A stretch of DNA of 20,125 nucleotides from a bacterium (GCA_031441465.1 JANOEP010000019.1:1-20125); one strand, 5' to 3'. Positions 1-9,535 are shown, numbered from the stretch's first letter. The notes: generated from the sequence alone by a model not told the origin. Numbers and translations: made by a program.

Positions 1-248
1 ACGCTGTCGCGGTGCGCGCGGGACTTGTAGACGATGTACGCGAAGACCACGGTCTCGCCGGACTTGAGCTTCAGCTGGCGGGGGAAGGGCATGCAGAAGT
101 CCGCCTTCAGGTCGTCGCCGGCGCATTCCTTGTAGTCGAGCGCGCCGTACGAGCGCCAGATCTTGGAAGCCGCCTTGGCTATGCGGCGGTAGGCGGGAAG
201 ATTGCGTTTCGGCACCGGCAATACGAAGCCATCAACATATTTGGGCAT
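1..248 (-). CDS. DUF1428 (YbaA-like) family protein, runs off the left edge
   Basis: Not in the ORF track; translated by hand from ATG at 248: MPKYVDGFVLPVPKRNLPAYRRIAKAASKIWRSYGALDYKECAGDDLKADFCMPFPRQLKLKSGETVVFAYIVYKSRAHRDS. YVDGFV.PVP, GAL.Y.EC.GDD and ETVVF...Y.SR.HRD are DUF1428 signatures. GAGGA RBS upstream. Confidence 0.88.
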   Translation of the reverse strand, partial: MPKYVDGFVLPVPKRNLPAYRRIAKAASKIWRSYGALDYKECAGDDLKADFCMPFPRQLKLKSGETVVFAYIVYKSRAHRDS

Positions 249-297
249 GGGAATTTCCTCGGGTCGGTTGTTTTTGGGGTAGCGAAAATCCGGGCGG

Positions 298-838
298 TCA
301 GAACCGAATGGTGGCCGTCACGGGAAAATGGTCGCTGGGAAACGGCTTCGTCTCGTCGTAGTCGACGATGCCAGCTTGGGAAGCTGACACCGGCGGGCGG
401 ACGAGGATCCAGTCGATGCGTTCGCTCTCGTGGCGGGCGGGCTTGAAATCGTTGAAGGTGTTTAAGTCTTCATTCCCGCGCCGAGGTGCGAGCGTCCACG
501 TGTCGACGAGGCCGACCTCCTGCGTGAGGATGTCGTAGGCGCGGCTCTTGCCGGCGAGGCAGTTGAAATCGCCGACCACCACGAGCGGCACGGTCGGGTC
601 GAGCTTGGCTAGGCGGTCGCGGATGAGCGTGGCGGCTTTCTGCCGGGCCTCTTCCACCTGGTGGTCGAAGTGGGTGTTCCAGAAATAAAATTCGCGGCCC
701 GTGGTCCGCTCGCGCAGGCGCACCCACGTCACCATACGGCGGAACTTGTTGCCCCAGGTCATCGAGCCGACGACCTCGGGCGTGTCGGAGAGCCAGAAAT
801 GGTCGAAGGCCACCGGCTCGAACCGGTCGCGGCGGAAA
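298..838 (-). pseudogene. Endonuclease/exonuclease/phosphatase (EEP) family protein, C-terminal part only (5' end missing at the junction)
   Basis: C-terminal ~179 aa of ORF 298..1149 carry FWLSDTP, NTHFDH, GDFN, RIDWI and PSDHFPV motifs. The upstream part of that ORF is the antisense of the permease gene. The N-terminal EEP motifs (TxN, QE) are absent. Confidence 0.85.
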
Positions 839-1276
<438 letters not shown>

Positions 1277-1328
1277 GGAGTGCGGACCGGCCCCCCGCGA
1301 CAAGGCCCTGGTGCAAGGAACGGAAGCG

Positions 1329-1757
1329 ATGCCATCGACGTCCCGACCACCGGTGCTCCTGTACGACGGCGACTGTGCCTTCTGTCAGGGGGTCGTCAGG
1401 TTCGTCTTGCGGCACGAGAAGCGGCACGGGTTGCATTTCGCGTCCCGGCAAAGTCCGTTCGGCGTCGCGGCGTTGGCGCGCCATCCCGGTCTGCCGGACA
1501 TCGATTCCGTGGTGTGGCTCGAGCCGGAGTCCCTCGGGCAGCCGCAGCGGGTGTATATCCGTTCGGAGGCGGCCCTTCGCGTCGCGGCCTACCTCGGCGG
1601 CTGGTGGCGATGTGCGGCGGTCGCGCGCCTCGTGCCCCGTCGCTGGCGGGATGGGGCTTACGATCGCGTTGCCGCACTTCGGAAACGGCGGCCGGGCTCC
1701 GCGCAGGCTTGCCGGCTCCCCGCCCCCGAGGCCCGCGAGAGATTCATCGATCGCTGA
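1329..1757 (+). CDS. DCC1-like (DUF393) thiol-disulfide oxidoreductase family protein
   Basis: From ATG 1329: MPSTSRPPVLLYDGDCAFCQGVVRFV, containing the DxxCxxC motif, then DSVV, RSEAALR, VPRRWRDGAYDRVA and ERFID. AAGGAA about 8 nt upstream. Confidence 0.88.
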   Translation: MPSTSRPPVLLYDGDCAFCQGVVRFVLRHEKRHGLHFASRQSPFGVAALARHPGLPDIDSVVWLEPESLGQPQRVYIRSEAALRVAAYLGGWWRCAAVARLVPRRWRDGAYDRVAALRKRRPGSAQACRLPAPEARERFIDR

Positions 1758-1787
1758 GCCTCGAGGCGGCGTGCGCCGTCGCACGGA

Positions 1788-2348
1788 CTAGTCCCCCGCA
1801 CCCGCCAGTTTCTTCCCCGCCCGCACGATCATCGCCACCAGACCGAAGACCAGCACCAGTCCCAGCACCGGCAGCAGCAGGGCGATCGTACCCAGGACGA
1901 CGGCGCCACCCGTCTCGGCGGCGGCCACGACCGGGTTGCCGAAACCGGCGGTCATGACGGTCGAGAGGGCGCGCGTGCCGACCGACGCGGCTTGGACGAG
2001 GCCGGCGAGGCCGCCGCCGGCGATGATCGCCAGCGGCCAGCGCGCGTAGCCCGGCAGGTCGATGGCCACGGCGGCCATCAGCGCGGCGCCCGCGACCGCG
2101 GCGGCCGGTGTGGCGAGGGTGTCCAGGGCATGGTCGAGCCAAGGCACGCAGTAGGCCAGGGCTTCGGCCAGGGCGGCGGTGCCGAAGATCACCAGCGCCG
2201 TGGTCGAACCCAGCCAGGCGAACCCGGCGGCCGGCTCCAGGTGCCCGGTGTGCACGGCGATCGCCGCCAGCAGCAGGGGCACGAAGACGCGCAGGCCCGC
2301 CGCGGCGGCGAGTCCCAGTCCTAGCGTCACGCCGATCGCCGTGTCCAT
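1788..2348 (-). CDS. DUF4126 family membrane protein
   Basis: GLGLAAAAGLRVFVPLL, EALAYCVPWLDHALD, TR..ST..TAG.GNPVV...E pattern; multiple hydrophobic helices; GAGGT RBS; starts 19 bp after the hemA stop. Confidence 0.8.
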   Translation of the reverse strand: MDTAIGVTLGLGLAAAAGLRVFVPLLLAAIAVHTGHLEPAAGFAWLGSTTALVIFGTAALAEALAYCVPWLDHALDTLATPAAAVAGAALMAAVAIDLPGYARWPLAIIAGGGLAGLVQAASVGTRALSTVMTAGFGNPVVAAAETGGAVVLGTIALLLPVLGLVLVFGLVAMIVRAGKKLAGAGD

Positions 2349-2367
2349 GGTTGACCTCGCTCGCCGA

Positions 2368-3705
2368 TCAGGGATGGTCGTGCAGCTCGTGCGGGTCGCG
2401 CGGTTCCTTCGACTCGCGGGGCTCTTGCGGCGCGAAGAGCCGGTGCAGCGTCGCCAGGTGCTGCAGGCGTTCCTGCTCGCTCTCGGCGCTCTTGAGCGAC
2501 TCCATCGAGCGGCCCAGCACCTTCTTGATGAACTGCTGCAGGCTGGCGTCGACCGCGGCGGCGACCTCGTCGGACTGCTTGCGGCGCACGTAGCCGACCT
2601 GCTTCTCCTTCAGGTCCTCGAGGTAGGCGCGGAACTCGGCCACGCTCGGGCGCAGGTCCATCTCGCCGACCCACGCGCGGAACTCCGCCAGTTCGTCCTC
2701 GATGATGCGATCGGCCGCCGGCAGCTGCTTGCGCCGCGCGGTCAGGTTGGCCTGGACGATCTCGTCGAGGTCGTCCAGGCCGAAGACGTAGGTCTCGTCC
2801 ACGCGCGCCACGTCGGGATGGACGTCGCGCGGGACGGCGATGTCCAGCACGTAGAGCGGCCGGCCGCGGCGGCGGCGCATGGCGGCGCGCACCATCTCCG
2901 GCAGGATGACGGGCTCCAGGCTGCCGGTGGTCGAGAGCACGACGTCCACGTCGGCCAGCGCGGCGGGCAGGTCCTCCCAGGGGCGGGCGCGCACGAGCTC
3001 GCCCTTGCCGCCGTTGAGGTCGGCCGCCAGGGCCTGCGCGCGTTCGGGGCTGCGGTTCACCACGATCAGACCGCCGATGCCCTGCTGCAGGAAGTGGCGG
3101 GCCGCCAGGGAGCCGGTCTCGCCGGCCCCCACCAGCAGGGCGCGGTGACGGGACAGGTCGGCGAAGAATTTGCGGGCCAGCTCGACGGCGGCGAAGGCGA
3201 CGCTGACCGCGCCCTCGCCGATCTTCGTCTCGGTGCGGACGCGTTTGCCGGCGCGGAACGCGCCCTGGAACGCGCGCATGAGCACCGGGCCGAGTTCGTG
3301 GTGTTCCTTGGCCAGCCTGTAGGCGTCCTTGAGCTGGCCGGAGATCTGGGGCTCGCCGAGCATCATGCTTTCCAGGCCGGCCGACACCCGGTAGAGGCGC
3401 CGCACGGCCTCCCCGTCGGTGAGCCGCACCGCGAACTCGCCGGTGAACAGGGCGGGATCGAGGCCGGCTTCGGCCAGGCAGCGGGTCATGACTTCGAAGG
3501 TGGCGAACTCGGGCCGGGTCTCGAGGTAGATCTCGGTGCGGTTGCAGGTGCTGACGGGCACGGCCGAGACGAACCCCGGTTCCCTCCCCAGGGCATCCAG
3601 CAGCCTGCCCACGCGTTCGGGGTCGATGTGCGCGCGCTCGCGCACCTCCGTCGGTGCGAGGCGGTGGTCGACCCCCCACATGTGCAGGCCGGCGTGCCCC
3701 GCCAT
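2368..3705 (-). CDS. hemA: Glutamyl-tRNA reductase
   Basis: Start ATG 3705 overlaps the upstream stop (TGATG). Motifs STCNRTEIY (catalytic Cys), GLESMMLGEPQISGQ, SVAFAAVELA, GAGETG (NADPH binding), DIAVPRDV. The ORF-track extension to 4497 is spurious. Confidence 0.96.
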   Translation of the reverse strand: MAGHAGLHMWGVDHRLAPTEVRERAHIDPERVGRLLDALGREPGFVSAVPVSTCNRTEIYLETRPEFATFEVMTRCLAEAGLDPALFTGEFAVRLTDGEAVRRLYRVSAGLESMMLGEPQISGQLKDAYRLAKEHHELGPVLMRAFQGAFRAGKRVRTETKIGEGAVSVAFAAVELARKFFADLSRHRALLVGAGETGSLAARHFLQQGIGGLIVVNRSPERAQALAADLNGGKGELVRARPWEDLPAALADVDVVLSTTGSLEPVILPEMVRAAMRRRRGRPLYVLDIAVPRDVHPDVARVDETYVFGLDDLDEIVQANLTARRKQLPAADRIIEDELAEFRAWVGEMDLRPSVAEFRAYLEDLKEKQVGYVRRKQSDEVAAAVDASLQQFIKKVLGRSMESLKSAESEQERLQHLATLHRLFAPQEPRESKEPRDPHELHDHP

Positions 3706-4568
3706 CACACGCCCCCGCGCAAGCTGAAGTTGTGGAAGCTCGGGACGAAGTGGTGGATCGCGCCCATCGCCAGCACCACCGCGAAGTAGGTCACGATGGC
3801 CAGCATGTTCATGCGGCGGCCGCGCCAGCCCCACCAGCGGTGGCCGGCCAGACCCACCAGGTAGACCAGGAAGATCACCCAGGAGGTCAGGATCTTGGGA
3901 TCGAAGGGGGTCAGGCTGCGCGCCGTTTCGGGGTCGAGCTTGTCGGCCAGGTCGTAAAGCCATAGGTGGCCCAGCGCCAGGGCTCCGAACAGCAGCGGCA
4001 CGCCCAGCTTGGCCGCGCCCACGCTCATGCGCTCCAGGACCTCCAACGGCGGCAGCCGGCGGAAGAGCAGCCCGAAGGTCTTGCGGGCGAGCTGGCGCGC
4101 CAGCACCAGGTAGAGGACCGCGTAGAGGAAGCTGAGGCTCAGCGCCGTGTAGGCCAGCAGCACCAGCACGGCGTGGCCGGCGTAGCCGGGGTCCTCCAGC
4201 AGCGGGTTGGCCGCCGGTTCGGCGACGGAGAACGCGCTGGCGATGAACTGCAGCAGGAAGCCCACGCCGGTGACCAGGAACCCCGTCTCGCGCACGCGCA
4301 GCCGCCGCTCGACCACGGCGTAGATCAGCAGCAGGGACAAGGCCAGCAGCGACAGGAACTCCAGGGGCGAGGCCATCGGCAGGTGGTGGTGGACCCTGGC
4401 GTGCAGGACGGACGCCGCGAGGTGGGTCACGACGGTCGCCGCGAGCAGCCGGCGGGCCCAGTGGTGGGCGAACCTGCGGTTCTCGTAGAAGACCCACAGG
4501 TACGCCACGAAGAGCAGCAGGTACAGCAGCGGGAGCAGGACCTCGCTCACGGTCAGCGCGAGCCTCAT
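3705..4568 (-). CDS. CcsA/HemX-like cytochrome c assembly family membrane protein
   Basis: From ATG 4568 (ATGA overlap with the hemY stop, GGAGG upstream): about 8 hydrophobic segments, HLPM, H..L..LAY.A, LY....RQL..K, RLPPLEVLE, DPK, GWRGRR and C-terminal HNF. Directly upstream of hemA, as is common for this family. Confidence 0.85.
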   Translation of the reverse strand: MRLALTVSEVLLPLLYLLLFVAYLWVFYENRRFAHHWARRLLAATVVTHLAASVLHARVHHHLPMASPLEFLSLLALSLLLIYAVVERRLRVRETGFLVTGVGFLLQFIASAFSVAEPAANPLLEDPGYAGHAVLVLLAYTALSLSFLYAVLYLVLARQLARKTFGLLFRRLPPLEVLERMSVGAAKLGVPLLFGALALGHLWLYDLADKLDPETARSLTPFDPKILTSWVIFLVYLVGLAGHRWWGWRGRRMNMLAIVTYFAVVLAMGAIHHFVPSFHNFSLRGGV

Positions 4569-6031
4569 GCCGTCCCTCCTTCGACGCGGGGACCGGTCGC
4601 CGCTAGCCGGTCGAGCACGGCGGCGGCCATGGTTTCGGACTCCTTGATGCAGGCGTTGACCGACACGCCGCGGTACGAGCTGCCGCCGAGGTGCAGACCC
4701 GGGAGGCCGGCGAGCTGCGCGTCGATCCGGCGCAGGCGGTCGAGGTGGCCGGGCTCGTACTGGGCGATGGCCCGCGGGTGGCGGAACACCTGGACCATCG
4801 CGGGCTCGCCGCGCAGGCCCATCAGGCCGCGCAACTCGGCGACGGCGCGGTCCCGCAGGGCGTCGTCGTCGTCGTCCAGGACGCGCGGGTCGAGTGGGCC
4901 GCCGGCCATGCAGTGCAGCAGGACCCGGCCATCCGGGGCGCGGTCCGGGAAGATGCTGCTGGTCCACAGGGCGCCCAGCAGGCGGCTGCGCTCGCGGGTG
5001 GGGATCAGCAGGCCGAAGCCGTCGAGGTCGTGGGCCACGTCGTCGCGCGCGTAGCCCAGGGCGATCACGGCCATGGGCACGTAGGGGATGCCGTCCAACA
5101 GACCGGACAGCGTGGGGTCGAGGCCGCGCAGGTGGGCGGCGGCCGCGTGGGCCGGCGTGGCGTGGACGACGGCGTCGCAGTTGATGGTCTCATTCCCGGC
5201 GGTCCGCACCCGCCAGGTGTCACCGTCGCGCAGGATCGACGCGACCTCGCTGTCCCCGGCGAGGACCGCGCGGGCGTCGGTGCGCAGAGCTTGCGTCAGG
5301 GCGGCGGGCAGCGCCGCCATGCCGCCGCGGAAGGAGTGCAGGGTGCCGGACGGGCCGGCGTCGGCGGCCTTCTTGCGCTGCTTGGAGATGGCCGCCAGCG
5401 CCCGGAACAGGCTGCCGTGGTCGCGCTCCAGCTCGATCATCCGGGGGAATGCGGCCGCCAGGCTGAGCCGGCGGGCGTCGCCGCCGAAGATGCCCTTGAC
5501 CATCGGGTCGAGCATCAGCTCCGCGAAGTCGCGCCCCAGGCGCCGTCGGCCGAACTCCCAGACCGACTCGTCGGTCGTGGGATCGTCGGCCGCGCGGCCC
5601 AGGTCCCGCCGACGCGGCACGAGGAGTTCGCCCAGGATGCGCAGCTTGGCGCGGAGGGAGAAGAGGTCGCTCTTGAGGAAGGCGGGCGGCGAGGCGGGGA
5701 TCTCCCGCAGGCGGCCGCCGACCACCAGGAAACGGCGCCGGGCCGCATCGCTGCTGCGCACCAGTTCGCCGCCCAGCTCCAACCGGTCGACCAGGCGCAG
5801 GGTCGCCGGCTCGTTGTCCAGGAAGCCGTTGGGCCCCCACTCCAGGCGCCAGCCGTCGCGTGCGAGGGTGCGCAGGTTGCCGCCGAAGTCCGGCGCGGCC
5901 TCCAGGACGTCGACCCGCAGGTCCAGCCCGCGCGCCGTCGCCCCTTCCAGCAGGCGCAGGGCCGTGGCCAGGCCCGACACCCCGCCGCCGACCACGACCG
6001 CGCGTCGCGTGCTCCCGGAGCGCTCAGGCAC
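4565..6031 (-). CDS. hemY: FAD-dependent protoporphyrinogen/coproporphyrinogen oxidase (HemY type)
   Basis: GTG at 6031 with GGAGG upstream. Rossmann motif VVVGGGVSGLATA, E.GPNGF, GIFGGD...LS...AFP, GFGLLIP, SSIFPDRAP, AIAQYEPGH, YRGVSVNACI. Confidence 0.92.
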   Translation of the reverse strand: MPERSGSTRRAVVVGGGVSGLATALRLLEGATARGLDLRVDVLEAAPDFGGNLRTLARDGWRLEWGPNGFLDNEPATLRLVDRLELGGELVRSSDAARRRFLVVGGRLREIPASPPAFLKSDLFSLRAKLRILGELLVPRRRDLGRAADDPTTDESVWEFGRRRLGRDFAELMLDPMVKGIFGGDARRLSLAAAFPRMIELERDHGSLFRALAAISKQRKKAADAGPSGTLHSFRGGMAALPAALTQALRTDARAVLAGDSEVASILRDGDTWRVRTAGNETINCDAVVHATPAHAAAAHLRGLDPTLSGLLDGIPYVPMAVIALGYARDDVAHDLDGFGLLIPTRERSRLLGALWTSSIFPDRAPDGRVLLHCMAGGPLDPRVLDDDDDALRDRAVAELRGLMGLRGEPAMVQVFRHPRAIAQYEPGHLDRLRRIDAQLAGLPGLHLGGSSYRGVSVNACIKESETMAAAVLDRLAATGPRVEGGTA

Positions 6032-7112
6032 GCGTCGCCTCCGCGTGGAAGGGATCGCCGGCCAGGCGCGCCGCCAGCGAAGTGAGCCAGGTCTCGTCGA
6101 GGTTGAGCGCGGCGCCGCGGTCGAACTCCCGCACGCCCAGGCGCTCGGCCTCGCGCCGCAGTTCGAGGTCGAGTTCGTGCAGCGTCTCGATGTGCTCACA
6201 GGTGAAGCTGACCGGCTGCACCAGCAGGTGGCGGCAGCCGGCTTCGGCCAGGCGGCGCGTCTCGGCCGTGATCTCGGGACCGAGCCACTTGATGGGGCCG
6301 ACCTTGCTCTGGAAGGCCAGAAGGGGTGCGGGGCCGCCCGGCAGGCGGGCCAACCAGGCGGCGTGCCCGGCCGCGGCGAAGGCCGACCGCACGCGTTCGT
6401 GGACGGCGCTGACCGTGGCGCGGGTCTGGCTGAGATAGGGGTCGCCGCGTTTCACGAATCTCTCGGGCAGGGAGTGGGCCACGTAGATCAACGCGCAGGC
6501 CTGCGGGTCCACGCCCTCGCCGGCCCAGCGCAGCAGGCCGCGGCCGGCGTTGGCTGCCAGGGTCGCGATGAAGCCGTCGAGCAGGTGCCAAGCCTCGACC
6601 ACGTGGACCGCGGCGCCGGGGGCGAAACGGTCCAGCGACTCCTGTACGAAGGCCAGCGTGCTGCCGTTGGTGGCGTCGGAGTACTGGGGGTACATCGGCA
6701 GGACCAGGAACTGCTCCGCGCCGCGCTCACGCAACCCGCGCACGGCCTCGTCGGGGTAGGGGCGCCAGTAGCGCATGGCCGGCAGCGCGACCGTCGGGCG
6801 GCCGGCTGCGATCAGCAACTCGGCCAGCCGGTCGCCTTGGGCGCGGGTGGTCGGGACCTGCGGCGAGCCGCCGCCGTGGCCCATTTCGAGGTACCGCCGC
6901 CGCACGGCCGGCGCGCGCCGCCGCGCGATCAGGCTGCCCAGGACCGGGGAGAGGAAGCGCGGGATGGGGATGATCTGGGGATCCCGGAACAGGTTGCGCA
7001 GGAAGGGCTCCACGGCGTCGGGCCCGTCGGGACCGCCCATGCCGCAGAGGATCAGGCCCGTGGTCCGGGCCGGGTCGAGGCGGTCCTGCCGAAAGCGACG
7101 CGGTGCGGTCAT
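6024..7112 (-). CDS. hemH: Ferrochelatase
   Basis: ATG 7112 with GAGG upstream. Motifs MGGP, PFLRNLFRDP.II, GGGSP, MRYWRP, LPMYPQYS, AHSLP, GDPY, FQSKVGP.KWLGP, F..EHIETLHELD. Confidence 0.95.
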   Translation of the reverse strand: MTAPRRFRQDRLDPARTTGLILCGMGGPDGPDAVEPFLRNLFRDPQIIPIPRFLSPVLGSLIARRRAPAVRRRYLEMGHGGGSPQVPTTRAQGDRLAELLIAAGRPTVALPAMRYWRPYPDEAVRGLRERGAEQFLVLPMYPQYSDATNGSTLAFVQESLDRFAPGAAVHVVEAWHLLDGFIATLAANAGRGLLRWAGEGVDPQACALIYVAHSLPERFVKRGDPYLSQTRATVSAVHERVRSAFAAAGHAAWLARLPGGPAPLLAFQSKVGPIKWLGPEITAETRRLAEAGCRHLLVQPVSFTCEHIETLHELDLELRREAERLGVREFDRGAALNLDETWLTSLAARLAGDPFHAEATRA

Positions 7113-7119
7113 CCTCGCC

Positions 7120-8496
7120 TCAGATGGTCTTGGAGAACAGGGGCGTCTCGCTCGTGCGGTCCAGGTAGGCGTCGAACTCCATGCACAGGTTGCGCACGAA
7201 GAAGCGCCCCAGCTCGGTGACGCGCACACGGTCGGGCAGGAACTCCACGAACCCCTCATCCTGATAAGGGCGCAGGCGGGCCAGCCCGTCGGCCAGCAGC
7301 GCGTCCGCGGGCGTGCCGAAGCCGGGCTCGGTCAGCGCGTACGGCAGTTCCAGGTTGCACATCAGGTTGAGGATCGCCAGGCGCCGCAGGCGGTCGTCGT
7401 CGCTGAGCCGGTGACCCTTGACGATCGGCAGGCGTCCGGCGTCGATCGCGGTCTGGTAGCCGTCGAGTTCGGCGTCGTTCTGGACGAAGCGGTCGCACAC
7501 GTCGCCGATGCCGCTCATGCCGAAGGCCAGCATGTGGGGCGCCGGCCGCGTCGTGTAGCCCATGAAGTTGCGGTGCAGGCGCCGCTCCCGCAGCGCGACC
7601 GCGAGTTCGTCGTCGCGGCGGGCGAAGTGGTCGATGCCGATCCAGTCGTAGCCGGCCTCGGCGAACAGGTCGATGGCCAGGCGGAACAGCTCGAACTTCT
7701 CGAAGCCGGACGGCATGTTGTCGGTGTTGATGAGCTTCTGCTGGGGCTTGACCCAGGGCACGTGGGCGTAGCTGAAGCAGGCCACGCGGTCGGGCCCCTG
7801 CTCGATGATGTCGTGCAGGGTGCGCTCGAAGGACGTGCGCGTCTGCTCCGGCAGGCCGTAGACGAGGTCGAGGTTGACGCCCTCGTAACCGGCCTCGCGG
7901 CAGGCCCGGTACAGCTCCAGCGTGCGGTCGCGCTTCTGCAGCCGGCCGATGGCCTTCTGCACCGCGGGCTCGAAGTCCTGCACGCCCAGGCTGATGCGGT
8001 TGAAGCCCTGCGCGCGCAGGAAGCGCGCCTGTTCGGGCGTGCCGATGCGCGGGTCGACCTCGATCGAGATCTCGCCCCGCGGGTCGACGGCGAAGGCGGC
8101 GCGCAGCAGGCGCAAGGCGCGCTCGACCTGCGGGTCCTTGAGGAAGTTGGGCGTGCCGCCGCCCCAGTGCAGCTGCACGACGCGCCGGCCGGGGCCCAGC
8201 ACGTCCACCACCGCCGCCAGCTCGCGCTCGACGCGGTCGAGGTAGGCGTCGACCGCGCCCTTCTCGCTGGAGACCACGGCGTTGCAGCCGCAGTAGTGGC
8301 AGTGCTTCGCGCAGAAGGGCAGGTGCAGGTAGACCGACAGCTCGTCGTCGGGACGCGACGAGAGTTCGCGCAGCGCCTCGCGGTAGTCGGTCTCGCCGAA
8401 GTCGCGCGTCCAGGCCGGCACTGTCGGGTAGCTCGTGTACCGCGGTCCCGGCTTGTCGTGCTTCTGGAGCAGTTCGCGCGGCACGTCCAGCGCCAT
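7120..8496 (-). CDS. hemN: Oxygen-independent coproporphyrinogen III oxidase (radical SAM)
   Basis: N-terminal GPRYTSYPT (true HemN rather than HemW), YLHLPFCAKHCHYCGC (CxxxCxxC), HWGGGTP, GFNRISLGVQDF, DLVYGLPEQ, IGIDHFA, RNFMGYTT, FSKTI end. Confidence 0.96.
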   Translation of the reverse strand: MALDVPRELLQKHDKPGPRYTSYPTVPAWTRDFGETDYREALRELSSRPDDELSVYLHLPFCAKHCHYCGCNAVVSSEKGAVDAYLDRVERELAAVVDVLGPGRRVVQLHWGGGTPNFLKDPQVERALRLLRAAFAVDPRGEISIEVDPRIGTPEQARFLRAQGFNRISLGVQDFEPAVQKAIGRLQKRDRTLELYRACREAGYEGVNLDLVYGLPEQTRTSFERTLHDIIEQGPDRVACFSYAHVPWVKPQQKLINTDNMPSGFEKFELFRLAIDLFAEAGYDWIGIDHFARRDDELAVALRERRLHRNFMGYTTRPAPHMLAFGMSGIGDVCDRFVQNDAELDGYQTAIDAGRLPIVKGHRLSDDDRLRRLAILNLMCNLELPYALTEPGFGTPADALLADGLARLRPYQDEGFVEFLPDRVRVTELGRFFVRNLCMEFDAYLDRTSETPLFSKTI

Positions 8497-8497
8497 G

Positions 8498-9535
8498 TCA
8501 GTCCCCCTCGCGGTACGCCTGCACGGTCGCGACCAGGGTCTCGACCGCGGCGATCGGCGCTTCGGGCAGGATGCCGTGCCCGAGGTTGAACACGTGGCCG
8601 GCGGCCTCGCGGCCGGCGCGGCAGATCTCCAGCGCGCGGCGGCGGATCTCCTCGTGGCTGCCGAACAGGCACAGCGGATCGAGGTTGCCCTGGACCGCCT
8701 TGCCGGGATAGGTGCGCGCGGCGACTGCCAGGTCGAGCGTCCAGTCCACGCCGAACGCCTCGGCGTCGAGCGTGCGGACATGGTCGAGGTAGGGGGCGCT
8801 GCCCTTGAGGAAGTAGACCCGGGGCACGCCGGCGTCCTTCAAGCCCGCGAGGATGCGCCGCAGGCCCGGCATGATGATCGCGGCGTAGTCCTGGGGGTGC
8901 AGGATGCCGCCCCAGGTGTCGAAGATCTGGACCGCGTCGACGCCCGCTTCGACCTGCATCAGCAGGTAGTCGGTGATCTGGTCGGCGAGCTTGTCCAGCA
9001 GGCGCGCCAGCAGCGCCGGATCGGAATAGAGCATCGCCTTGAGGTGCCGGTAATCCTTCGAGCCCCCGCCCTCGATCATGTACGCCGCCAACGTGAACGG
9101 CGCGCCGGCGAACCCGATCAGGGGCGTGTGGCCGCCGAGTTCGCGCTTGATCAGGCGCACGGCCTCGGCCACGTAGCCGGTGTGCTCGCGCGAGTCGACG
9201 ACGCAGAGGGCGTCCACGTCGGCGGCCGTGCGGACGGGATCGTGCATCCGCGGGCCGTGGTCGTCGAAGGAGAAGGGGGCGCCCATGGGCTCCAGCGGCA
9301 CCAGGATGTCGCTGAACAGGATGGCCGCGTCGAAGCCGAAGCGACGGATCGGCTGCAGGGTGACCTCGCAGGCCAATTCGGGGGTCTTGCACAGCCCGAT
9401 GAACGAGGTCTTCTCACGCACCGCGCGGTACTCGGGCAGGTAGCGGCCCGCCTGACGCATGATCCAGATGGGCGTGCGCTCGGGAGCCTCGCCCCGCAGG
9501 GCGGCTAGGTAGGGGCTGGTCTGAAGAGAGGCCAT
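8498..9535 (-). CDS. hemE: Uroporphyrinogen decarboxylase
   Basis: PIWIMRQAGRYLPEYR, DAAILFSDIL, LIGFAGAPFTLAAYMIEG, QIFDTW, QGNLDP, HVFNLGHGI; GGAG RBS. Confidence 0.97.
   Translation of the reverse strand: MASLQTSPYLAALRGEAPERTPIWIMRQAGRYLPEYRAVREKTSFIGLCKTPELACEVTLQPIRRFGFDAAILFSDILVPLEPMGAPFSFDDHGPRMHDPVRTAADVDALCVVDSREHTGYVAEAVRLIKRELGGHTPLIGFAGAPFTLAAYMIEGGGSKDYRHLKAMLYSDPALLARLLDKLADQITDYLLMQVEAGVDAVQIFDTWGGILHPQDYAAIIMPGLRRILAGLKDAGVPRVYFLKGSAPYLDHVRTLDAEAFGVDWTLDLAVAARTYPGKAVQGNLDPLCLFGSHEEIRRRALEICRAGREAAGHVFNLGHGILPEAPIAAVETLVATVQAYREGD

Noticed and set aside
3706..4497. Apparent 709-aa HemA with a long N-terminal extension
   Set aside because: The extension is an alternative frame of the ccsA-like gene. 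HemA similarity starts at ATG 3705, which is coupled to the upstream stop.
7120..8496. HemW heme chaperone instead of HemN
   Set aside because: The PRYTSYPT N-terminus, the extra Cys after CxxxCxxC and RNFMGY identify a true coproporphyrinogen dehydrogenase.
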